Shown: positions 1 to 8,128 of the stretch, piece after piece
Layout of the letters: the number at the start of each line of letters is the position of its first letter
Position numbering within the stretch: position 1 is the first letter of the stretch
IMG/VR virus record: IMGVR_UViG_3300033555_000001
Location: 224,001-288,000 of that record
Reading direction: 5' to 3' (one strand)
Length of the DNA: 64,000 bases
DNA from: a virus
Lineage: Duplodnaviria > Caudoviricetes
Position numbers and translations under genes: made by a program
Notes under the pieces: generated by a model
The model's input: only the letters and a program-made list of their open reading frames with translations
The model's database searches: none
What the model was told of the DNA's origin: nothing

Positions 1-86
1 CAAAATAACCCTAGTGAGTCAGGATCACATCTAACTTAGAATGTGATAGACGCTACATCTTATTTCTCCTACACCGCAGGTTGCTG

Positions 87-92
87 TAAATA
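87..92 (+). promoter_or_regulatory. putative late promoter (TAAATA, T4 TATAAATA-like)
   Basis: TAAATA about 15-30 nt upstream of the ORF at 107/119; the same hexamer recurs upstream of many genes. Confidence 0.5.
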
Positions 93-106
93 AGAGCAAC
101 TATATT

Positions 107-712
107 GTGGAGACAATAATGAAAATCAGCGAATTGCTGGAACAGCAAATTATCCTAGAATCTGAGCATCTAAAAATTTACACAGCACTGCTGCCTCTTT
201 ACATGCTTGAAGATGACGGTGGTGGGGATGGTGGCGATTTTGGCGGTTCAGGAGAAACTTACGGCGGAGATAGCGGCTATAGCGTGCAGAACCCTGGTAA
301 TAACACACCACCAGATCCATCACCGGTAGCGCCCTCGCCTGTTCCGACTTCAAATGACGCGCCTGTTACTCAGCCTGTTTACTACACGCCGTACGGGCCA
401 ATTATTGGAACCCGGTGGTTTAGCCAATTAGTCAATACCTTTCGAGTTGCTGCGGTGGCTAAGAACGTTGAAAAGCGGATGAAGGAACTCGGCCTCAAGG
501 GTGAGGGCGTCAAACGCGTCAAAGCTGCCGCTGCCCAGGCTTCAAAGAATCTAGACTATGTTATTAAAAATCCAGCCTCACTCTCATACAGAATTCCGGT
601 GTGGACCACGGGCGGCACCCCTAAAAAAGTAAAAATCAAAAAGTTTAATGAGGCCTTTGCCGAAGAATTTAAACGTGAGCTGTCTAAAATCGCCGGCTCT
701 GATTTGATCTAA
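107..712 (+). CDS. hypothetical protein, Gly/Pro-rich, with MKISELLE leader (alternative start 119)
   Basis: 201-aa ORF with low-complexity G/D and P/S segments and a basic C-terminal half. Confidence 0.7.
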   Translation: METIMKISELLEQQIILESEHLKIYTALLPLYMLEDDGGGDGGDFGGSGETYGGDSGYSVQNPGNNTPPDPSPVAPSPVPTSNDAPVTQPVYYTPYGPIIGTRWFSQLVNTFRVAAVAKNVEKRMKELGLKGEGVKRVKAAAAQASKNLDYVIKNPASLSYRIPVWTTGGTPKKVKIKKFNEAFAEEFKRELSKIAGSDLI

Positions 713-728
713 TACTTAATTGCACTCT

Positions 729-763
729 GCCATCGCCCCGAACCTTATATTCGGGGCGATGGC
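729..763 (+). terminator. 14-bp perfect hairpin, terminator or stabiliser
   Basis: GCCATCGCCCCGAA / TTCGGGGCGATGGC, 7-nt loop, intergenic; U-tract is weak. Confidence 0.55.
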
Positions 764-811
764 GCATTTATTCAACTTATAATCTCTTCAAGCGCTGCAG
801 TTGTAATGCGC

Positions 812-817
812 TAAATA
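812..817 (+). promoter_or_regulatory. putative late promoter (CTAAATA)
   Basis: GCGCTAAATAG upstream of the SSB gene. Confidence 0.45.
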
Positions 818-871
818 GAGAGCCCAACATTCAGTTGGCACCTCTTTTATTTTAACTTTGGAGATTTAAAA

Positions 872-1801
872 ATGACAGCACCAAAACGTTCCCTGGCCGA
901 TCTGGCCGCCGCATTTACATCAAAAGCTTCTGAAGGTGGTGGTGGTAACGCCGTCTGGAAATTATTTTTCCCCTTTTGGAAAGCAGAAGTAGACACCGTT
1001 TCCACGGTACGTTTTCTCCCCGACGCAGACGAACAAAACCCACTTGGATTCCTGGTTGAAAACCACACCCACGAGTTGGAAATTAATGGCAAGCGCGAAA
1101 AAGTTGCGTGCCTGAAAATGTTCAACGAAGCCTGCCCAATCTGCGAGCTGTCGTCAAAATACTACGACAAAAACAGCGCAGAGCACAGCGAAGAAATGGG
1201 TAAAAAGTTCTATCGCAAAAAATCGTACGTTGGTCAAGTGCTTGTTCTTGAAACTCCAATTGACCATGACGCAAATCAAATGGTTAAGTTGATTGAGTTT
1301 GGACCACAGGTATTCAAGCAAATCCAGGCTGCTTTTCAGAGTGGTGATTTGGAAGCCGCACCATACGAGCTAAAGGGTGGTTACAATTTCCGCTTCCGCA
1401 AATCAAAGACCGGATCTGGCCAGAACTCTTACACAACGTCTAACTTTGCGCCAAAGCAAACTGATGTTGCCGACAACGTGCTTGAAGAAATCACGCTGTA
1501 TGACTTGAATGACTACCGTACTGCCAGAACAGAGCGCCCTGCTCTTGAGGCAATGTTGGCAGCTGCTCAAACCGGTGCTAACTACAGTACTCCTCAAGAT
1601 GCTGCTCCAGCACCTGCGCAAAAAGCAGCACCTGCTGCTCCAGCACCCGTGGCAACTGCTACACCAGCCGCATCGGCACCAGCAACGGCAGCTGAAGCAC
1701 CCGCAGCAGACGCTCCAGCAGATGGTGCAAAGCTCAGTGTGGTTGAGCAATTACGCCAACGCGCAGCCGCAGCAAAAGCCGCAGCCGCCGCCCAAGCTTA
1801 A
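872..1801 (+). CDS. ssb: single-stranded DNA-binding protein, T4 gp32-like
   Basis: VRFLP, H...C...CPIC zinc site, KKSYVGQVLV and GYNF motifs of the gp32 family; adjacent to uvsX. Confidence 0.85.
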   Translation: MTAPKRSLADLAAAFTSKASEGGGGNAVWKLFFPFWKAEVDTVSTVRFLPDADEQNPLGFLVENHTHELEINGKREKVACLKMFNEACPICELSSKYYDKNSAEHSEEMGKKFYRKKSYVGQVLVLETPIDHDANQMVKLIEFGPQVFKQIQAAFQSGDLEAAPYELKGGYNFRFRKSKTGSGQNSYTTSNFAPKQTDVADNVLEEITLYDLNDYRTARTERPALEAMLAAAQTGANYSTPQDAAPAPAQKAAPAAPAPVATATPAASAPATAAEAPAADAPADGAKLSVVEQLRQRAAAAKAAAAAQA

Positions 1802-1813
1802 CGATACCAACGG

Positions 1814-1839
1814 GCCGCACCAATTAAACCTGGTGCGGC
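1814..1839 (+). terminator. 9-bp perfect hairpin between ssb and uvsX
   Basis: GCCGCACCA / TGGTGCGGC; no U-tract. Confidence 0.4.
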
Positions 1840-1875
1840 GTCTGGCTGAGTAACGTTTAAACTTTAGGAGTAACA

Positions 1876-2949
1876 ATGGCACTATCTTTTTTAAAAGACT
1901 TTAAAAAGTCAATGGACAAGCTGGAAACAGTAAGCGTTGGCCTCAAATCTTCGCAAGAATGGCTGTCAACCGGTAACTTTGCTCTTAATCGAGCGCTCAG
2001 TGGTGACTGGGAAAAGGGTATTCCGCTTGGTAGAATTTCACTCTGGGCCGGACCATCAGGCTCTGGTAAAAGCTTTATTTCGTCAAACATCATGGTGCAC
2101 GCACAGGCCGCAGGTTATCACTTGCTAGTGCTTGACAGTGAGAACGCGCTGGACGTAGACTACTTGCGCAAGATTGGTGTTGATACATCAGAGGAAAAAT
2201 TAACGTACATGCAGGTCACAACCATTGAGGACGTGAACAAAGTATGCGCAGAATTTTTCTCAGGATATATCAAAGCGTACGGCAAAGATAATCCAGACGC
2301 CCAGCGCACGCTGATTGTGCTGGACTCGCTGGCAATGCTCTCATCCTCTACCGAGATGGAGAACTACGGCAAAGACGGCACAATTAAAGCTGATCAGGGT
2401 ATTCTTGCAAAGCGCCGCAAGAGTATGTTGCGCATGATTACTGGTCATATTGCTAGACTGCCAATTGCGTTTGTAATGACCGATCACGTTTATCCGGCTG
2501 ACATTATGCTTGGAGACGGCGCGTGGGCAATTACTAACAGCACAAAATTCTCCTCGTCTATTATTGGAATCGTTACTAAGCTTAAGTTAAAAGACGAGGG
2601 TGAGGTGATTGGTGTGCGTATGCGGTTTGAAACGTACAAGAGTCGATTTGCAAAGCTTGGTACTAAAATTGAGCTTGAAGTACCCTACAACAAGGGAATG
2701 AGCCCGCTGTCAGGACTTGTCGAAATGTTAGAGGACCTGAAAGTAATCGCCAAGGGCACGCAGCCTGGAGAAAAGACCGCGTACATAAGTGAAGTAAACG
2801 GTGAGCGAATTGTTTTCAAAGAGAAGGATTTCACTTCTGAAATTGCTCTTAAGTTGTTTAAGCACCCAAACGCGGTCAGCACGGTATTAGACGAGAAGCC
2901 TCTTGCAGACATCTTGGATAATCAAATGCTCGATCAAGACGAAGATTAA
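1876..2949 (+). CDS. uvsX: RecA-like recombinase UvsX
   Basis: Walker A GPSGSGKS, VLDSE, IVLDSLAML Walker B, RecA-like length. Confidence 0.92.
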   Translation: MALSFLKDFKKSMDKLETVSVGLKSSQEWLSTGNFALNRALSGDWEKGIPLGRISLWAGPSGSGKSFISSNIMVHAQAAGYHLLVLDSENALDVDYLRKIGVDTSEEKLTYMQVTTIEDVNKVCAEFFSGYIKAYGKDNPDAQRTLIVLDSLAMLSSSTEMENYGKDGTIKADQGILAKRRKSMLRMITGHIARLPIAFVMTDHVYPADIMLGDGAWAITNSTKFSSSIIGIVTKLKLKDEGEVIGVRMRFETYKSRFAKLGTKIELEVPYNKGMSPLSGLVEMLEDLKVIAKGTQPGEKTAYISEVNGERIVFKEKDFTSEIALKLFKHPNAVSTVLDEKPLADILDNQMLDQDED

Positions 2950-2963
2950 TTAAAGGAAATATT

Positions 2964-3158
2964 ATGGAACAGCAAGTTCAAATTACAATTACGCCAGTAG
3001 TAGGTGGTTTTATCGTGACATACCCAGTGCGAGCCGGTGGTGTTACTACGCATGTGCAAGAAATTTCAACATCAGTTGGAAAAGCAATGCGAATTGCTCG
3101 GGCTGCAGTTGAAGCTTTTTCAAAAGTGAAAACTGCTGATAAAGAAGAAACGGTTTGA
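2964..3158 (+). CDS. hypothetical protein
   Basis: ORF with AAGGA RBS, tightly packed after uvsX. Confidence 0.7.
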   Translation: MEQQVQITITPVVGGFIVTYPVRAGGVTTHVQEISTSVGKAMRIARAAVEAFSKVKTADKEETV

Positions 3159-3230
3159 TTCTAAGTTAGACTGCTTATTTAAAACCTGCAACGCAAGAAT
3201 TTATTTGTGGTGCCGGTTTTAAATTCAACC

Positions 3231-3614
3231 ATGAAAGGAATAATTTTGAACACCGAATACTTCTTCTCTCTGCGCGGCGATTTTTCAGAAACAGAGGAAT
3301 TTGTTAATTGCGCCATTAAAATATCAAAAACAAAAGTTGCAGGAATTAGCGAATATCAAGTTTGGGATGGATCAGTAACTTCAATTGGAGATATGTTAGA
3401 TATTCACGCAACTGCACGTGATTTGCCGCTCATACCTGATTCTAAATTTTTCTCGACTGAAAAACAACCAGTCAAAGTTTTTAAAATCTGTGGAATTTTA
3501 CCTGCTACTGCTCTAGATGCTCAAGAAATTGTAGGGCCCTTTAGATTTCAGGTGTTTATGGCCAATGACCAAAAACAGAATATTGATATTTGGCTTACTC
3601 CAGTCTTTGTATAA
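3231..3614 (+). CDS. hypothetical protein
   Basis: ORF (track start 3207; ATG at 3231 preferred). Confidence 0.6.
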   Translation: MKGIILNTEYFFSLRGDFSETEEFVNCAIKISKTKVAGISEYQVWDGSVTSIGDMLDIHATARDLPLIPDSKFFSTEKQPVKVFKICGILPATALDAQEIVGPFRFQVFMANDQKQNIDIWLTPVFV

Positions 3615-3680
3615 TTAAATCTTTTGATTTAAAGAGCTAGTTCAAAAATGCTCATCCCAGTACAGCCCGTGTAATTCAGG

Positions 3681-3724
3681 AGCCGTTGTTACAATAGATC
3701 TTTATTTGTACCAACGGCTTTTTT
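3681..3724 (+). terminator. intrinsic terminator
   Basis: AGCCGTTG/CAACGGCT plus TACAA/TTGTA stem followed by TTTTTT. Confidence 0.65.
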
Positions 3725-3751
3725 GCCTGTAAATTAAAAATTCATACTACA

Positions 3752-4222
3752 ATGAAACTAAATCTATTTCTTCTTGGCCAAAAAAACGACGAACTCATGA
3801 CAGAGCTGCCAACGTTCTTTGAGAAGTGGCAGAGAGAAATAGACTCAGCCGAGCCTATCTTTAAAATTGAAGGCGAGCGGCTAGAAAAGCTAGCCAGAGA
3901 TATACCACACAATCAAGTGCACTACGCTAAGCTGGCTCAAGAGGCTCGAGCACTGGTTAAGTGGCTTGAAATTCAGCGCGCGCAAAAAGAATCAAAGTAC
4001 CTTAAAAACTACAATAATTCTCCACGCGCTCTTGGAGTTAAAGAGCAAGCCGTGTACATGGGCGGTGAAAAAGAGATTGTTGAAATTAATCAGCTCATCG
4101 TTGAAACGGCACTAAAGCAACAGCAGCTTGACGAAATCGTTGACGCCATAAAACAAATGGCTTGGCAGGTCGGCAATATTACTAAACTCCGCGTTGCGGA
4201 ATTACAGGATACCGTACTATGA
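3752..4222 (+). CDS. uvsY: recombination mediator UvsY-like
   Basis: Helical about 150 aa, YLKNY...RAL...YM.GE and W-x-V-x-N-I-x-K-L C-terminal pattern; lies between uvsX and uvsW. Confidence 0.75.
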   Translation: MKLNLFLLGQKNDELMTELPTFFEKWQREIDSAEPIFKIEGERLEKLARDIPHNQVHYAKLAQEARALVKWLEIQRAQKESKYLKNYNNSPRALGVKEQAVYMGGEKEIVEINQLIVETALKQQQLDEIVDAIKQMAWQVGNITKLRVAELQDTVL

Positions 4223-4629
4223 TGAACTTTAAATCTGAACCTTTAGCAGACGCGCTGGTTAATGCAGCAGTGCAATTAACTGCGCTCAGCGTGACACAGC
4301 CGCAGGGTAACTACCAGGCAAATCCGTACGGCACATACACAATTCCAACCATGAACGCGCTGAGTATTACTGCACCATCAGCACCCCGATCAATTGGCCA
4401 AATGGGATTTGACGCGGACGGCGATATTGCGCTGGAGTTTTATTCCGTTGAAAACGGAAACAATTTAACTTTGAAGTTCTGTCCGGAATACAACATGACA
4501 ATGCGAGAGCAGACGCAGATCATGATGCTGACCGTAATGGCCGCAGCCCACGCGTACACCAACCCAGAGCGCGCCATACTCTTTATCAGGTTGCACAACT
4601 TAGAGCGGCACTTTATAATTACAGCATGA
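4219..4629 (+). CDS. hypothetical protein
   Basis: ORF overlapping both neighbours by ATGA. Confidence 0.7.
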   Translation: MMNFKSEPLADALVNAAVQLTALSVTQPQGNYQANPYGTYTIPTMNALSITAPSAPRSIGQMGFDADGDIALEFYSVENGNNLTLKFCPEYNMTMREQTQIMMLTVMAAAHAYTNPERAILFIRLHNLERHFIITA

Positions 4630-6038
4630 GTAAAACTGCGCATATTTGGGTAAGAGACGAAGTCTGGATGACTGTGGCCGGCCTTGAGGTATCGGATCAC
4701 ACCTTTCTCTGGAACAAGTTTGGAATTGAAGTTGAGGGTTCATTTTTCATGCCGGCCCGAAAGCTTGGTCGATGGGACGGCAAGCTCAGATTCTTTGACA
4801 AAACCGGCAAAGTATATCTGCGCTTTTTAAACGACATAGTTCCCTTCCTTGAAAAATGGAACTACGAGATTGAGCTGCATGATGAGCGGCGCCCTCTAAA
4901 TCTGGTAACAGGTAGGCTTACACCAACGTGGTTTAATGATCACGGCAGAGCCCAGATACCTGTTACGTTGCGCCCCTACCAAGTAGACGCCGTGAACGCT
5001 TGTTTGCACGAGGGATCTGGCATGGTTATTGCGGCTACTGGCAGCGGTAAAACATGGATGTGCGCCGGTCTTGTTGATGTGGTAGGATCAGAAGGACTGC
5101 GATCAATTACCATTGTTCCCTCCTCTGATCTTGTTGGGCAAACCTCAAGCACCTTTAAACTAGCCGGAATCGAACATGGTCTCTATTCTGGTTCTGAAAA
5201 GAATCTCTATCAGCCACATGTAATTGCTACCTGGCAGGCGCTGCAAAATAATCCAACCGTCATGGCGGACTTTCAGACCGTGATTGTTGACGAGGCGCAC
5301 GGCGCCAAGGCCAGCACAATTGGTGAACTGATTACTGAGCACGGGAAAAATATCGGTTATCGCTTTGGATTTACTGGTACACTGCCCAAGCCACTTACCG
5401 ACCAGTACACGCTGCGTGGATCTATTGGCGAAGTTCTGTATTCAATTACTGCAGCTGATTTAATTCAAATGGGGTTCTTGGCAAGACTTGAAATTGAGCC
5501 TGTTGAGATTACTGAAAATGTCGGAGAAGAATTTCCTGATTACTCCTCGGAAAAAGCCTTTACTAGCCGATCACCCGAGCGCCTGGATTTTATGGCTGAT
5601 TTAATTATTAGCCGTGCTGCTGAGCATGGAAATACTCTGGTGTTGGTAAACACAATTAAGCAAGGACAGCAACTACATAAGCTTATTAAAGACAGCGTGT
5701 TCTTGTGCGGTGCCAGCGAAAATGACATTCGCGCTGAGTGGTACGGGACCTTTGCGCATCGTGACGACTTGATTGTAATTGCAACTGCTGGAATTGCCTC
5801 AACCGGAATTAGTATAGATAGGGTTTTTAATTTAATGCTAATTGACGCGGGTAAGTCGTTTATTCGCGCCATTCAATCAATTGGCCGTGGGTTGCGCAAG
5901 AGCGCCGACAAAGATTTTGTGCATGTGTGCGACGTTTATAGTGGTTTAAAGTGGGGTAAAAAGCATTTTAAAGAACGTGCTCGCTATTATAAAGATGCCG
6001 AATACCCAGTCCTTAAACCAACTAAGGTAAAGCTATGA
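4626..6038 (+). CDS. uvsW: SF2 DNA helicase UvsW
   Basis: ATGSGKT, IVDEAH, GFTGT and QSIGRGLR helicase motifs. Confidence 0.92.
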   Translation: MSKTAHIWVRDEVWMTVAGLEVSDHTFLWNKFGIEVEGSFFMPARKLGRWDGKLRFFDKTGKVYLRFLNDIVPFLEKWNYEIELHDERRPLNLVTGRLTPTWFNDHGRAQIPVTLRPYQVDAVNACLHEGSGMVIAATGSGKTWMCAGLVDVVGSEGLRSITIVPSSDLVGQTSSTFKLAGIEHGLYSGSEKNLYQPHVIATWQALQNNPTVMADFQTVIVDEAHGAKASTIGELITEHGKNIGYRFGFTGTLPKPLTDQYTLRGSIGEVLYSITAADLIQMGFLARLEIEPVEITENVGEEFPDYSSEKAFTSRSPERLDFMADLIISRAAEHGNTLVLVNTIKQGQQLHKLIKDSVFLCGASENDIRAEWYGTFAHRDDLIVIATAGIASTGISIDRVFNLMLIDAGKSFIRAIQSIGRGLRKSADKDFVHVCDVYSGLKWGKKHFKERARYYKDAEYPVLKPTKVKL

Positions 6039-6283
6039 AAATTCATATTCAACTAGATCAAGGCTGGCAATTTGCTATTCAATCACTAGACTGTGATCCG
6101 GACCGTTCTTCTGAAGATAAGCACATGTTAGAAGTAGATCAGGCTTTTATTGAAGAGTACTGTGAAGCTTGTGACAGATATGACAAATTAAAAGATCAAG
6201 TCGAGCAGCTCTATCGTGTACAACAAGGTTTAAAACCTTGGGCAACGCCTGCCGTGCCACCCCATGAAATAATCGAAGAGTAA
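6035..6283 (+). CDS. hypothetical protein
   Basis: ORF coupled to the uvsW stop. Confidence 0.7.
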   Translation: MKIHIQLDQGWQFAIQSLDCDPDRSSEDKHMLEVDQAFIEEYCEACDRYDKLKDQVEQLYRVQQGLKPWATPAVPPHEIIEE

Positions 6284-6310
6284 TTAAATCATTGACCCCC
6301 GGAGATTAAA

Positions 6311-6820
6311 ATGAATATCATCAACGAATTAAATAAGCCCTACATTATAGACTCGCTAACAGCGCCACTTCCGCTGCGGTATCACTGGACGTTTAGTGGC
6401 CAGCAACTGGATTTTATGATGACTGAAATTACTTATCTTGAGGAAACAGTAGGCCCAACAGTTACTCTAGTAATTGACGACAGCGAAGTAAAGGTACCGG
6501 GCGCCTGGAGTATTTTGATTGTTGATCGTGAAACGTATACTATTGACGCAGTGCCAGTAACGGCCTGTGCAGCATTTGCGCACGACGCCTTTGTGTTTTC
6601 GCCAAGCGACAGCAAATTAATTACTGCGCAAGTTCGAGTTGTTGCGTCTGAGCAAAAGGGAACGTGCATTTACCCTGCCGTTGACAAGGGAAATGCACTT
6701 GTTCACGCCATTACGCCTGGCATCTCGCACGGTAAAAGCATTGCCAGAGGAGTCATTGTTGGCCCACATGACCTGTGGCGTTGGATCTCAGGCCGCACAG
6801 TCGGAGACGTTCTCGGCTAA
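6311..6820 (+). CDS. hypothetical protein
   Basis: 169-aa ORF with GGAG RBS. Confidence 0.75.
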   Translation: MNIINELNKPYIIDSLTAPLPLRYHWTFSGQQLDFMMTEITYLEETVGPTVTLVIDDSEVKVPGAWSILIVDRETYTIDAVPVTACAAFAHDAFVFSPSDSKLITAQVRVVASEQKGTCIYPAVDKGNALVHAITPGISHGKSIARGVIVGPHDLWRWISGRTVGDVLG

Positions 6821-7167
6821 AACCTTAATCAAGATAAAAGGAATTATATGATAGACAAACAGATTGTGGCAATTAGAAAATTTACTTTTGGAATGCTTGG
6901 GGGCGGCATTAGCCAAATTAAACTCTCAGATGGCAGTATTATGGATATTAACCAGGCCGTATATAACATTGAATATTCGCAACACCAGTATTTCACTATG
7001 GATGCGTTCGGTCGCCGCACCTCAGTTAGAGTGCAACGCGGCTGGTGCACGGGGCCATATCTAATTGCTGAGTCCGACAATAGCACAAGCAATAATTTAC
7101 TATCATTGCCGAAGTTCTAAGCTAAATTTTCCTCGGTGGCCGCACAGTCGGAGACGTTCTCGGCTAA
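6791..7167 (+). repeat. 30-bp perfect direct repeat (6791-6820 and 7138-7167)
   Basis: GGCCGCACAGTCGGAGACGTTCTCGGCTAA present twice, flanking ORF 6848-7120. Confidence 0.95.
6848..7120 (+). CDS. hypothetical protein within the direct-repeat cassette
   Basis: 90-aa ORF with AAGGA RBS. Confidence 0.65.
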   Translation: MIDKQIVAIRKFTFGMLGGGISQIKLSDGSIMDINQAVYNIEYSQHQYFTMDAFGRRTSVRVQRGWCTGPYLIAESDNSTSNNLLSLPKF

Positions 7168-7207
7168 CCGCAACCGCTAAATAGACTTCTCAACACGAGG
7201 AGTCTAT

Positions 7208-7789
7208 ATGCATTTTACCCCAGCATTCGAGCGCGCAGTCGCTCATGCCATGATTTATGAAGTTGGAGCGCACTTTAACCCGGCTGACAAAGACACTATT
7301 GCCGGGTTAATTGATACCCGCGAGCGCCGCAAAAAAAGCGGCTATGTGAACGATCCAGTTGACGCCGGCGGCGAAACAAAATACGGCGTGGCAAAGAGTG
7401 GTAATCCCAAGACGGATATTACTAACTTAACCTGGGCCGAAGCCAAACAAATTTACTTTGACAAGTACTGGATTGCTGGTGGTTGCCATTTACTGGAACC
7501 GCGTACTGCAATTTTGCACTTTGACGGCTGTGTTAACCACGGTGTAGGGCGCGCCAGTAAATTTCTGCAAGAAGTAATTGGTGCTGGACAGGACGGTCAA
7601 GTAGGACCGAATACTGCTAAGCTTGCCAACGCAATGAACGAACGTGATGTTTGCCGGCTGCTTGCCAATCGGCGCGAAAAATTCTACCGTGATATCGTTG
7701 CAGCTCGTCCGTCTCAGGCCAGATTTATTAATGGCTGGATGCGTCGAATTAACGAGATGCGCGATTTCGTACAAGGCCCCCTAGCTTAA
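7208..7789 (+). CDS. glycoside hydrolase family 108 lysozyme (endolysin)
   Basis: YVNDPVDAGGETKYGV catalytic motif, FDGCVNHG, DGQVGPNT and RFINGWMRR peptidoglycan-binding end; CTAAATA at 7177-7183. Confidence 0.88.
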   Translation: MHFTPAFERAVAHAMIYEVGAHFNPADKDTIAGLIDTRERRKKSGYVNDPVDAGGETKYGVAKSGNPKTDITNLTWAEAKQIYFDKYWIAGGCHLLEPRTAILHFDGCVNHGVGRASKFLQEVIGAGQDGQVGPNTAKLANAMNERDVCRLLANRREKFYRDIVAARPSQARFINGWMRRINEMRDFVQGPLA

Positions 7790-7843
7790 TCCTGAGCCCG
7801 CTTCGCCAGTGCGTGGTGGCCTCAAAAAATGTTACAATAACTC

Positions 7844-8128
7844 ATGACTGATTTTAGCGCTCCTCAATTAGACGATACCGCACCACCCCCGCTATTCCGC
7901 AAAATTACCTCTGGCGTGGTGCAGTACAACATGGATTTTGTTGGGTACTTGATTACCCAAGAAGTCAATCGTCGAAGAGAGCAGCGCACAGCCCCTCTGT
8001 CAGAGTTTGAAGCACAAGAATTTAAACGAGAACTTATTTCTAAACTTATTATTCAGGGAAATGCAGACGCGGCTATTGCGCTTCGTCCTCGCCCTGAAAA
8101 CTCACAGAGACAGCAGCTAAACGGATGA
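7844..8128 (+). CDS. hypothetical protein
   Basis: ORF overlapping the nrdA start. Confidence 0.65.
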   Translation: MTDFSAPQLDDTAPPPLFRKITSGVVQYNMDFVGYLITQEVNRRREQRTAPLSEFEAQEFKRELISKLIIQGNADAAIALRPRPENSQRQQLNG

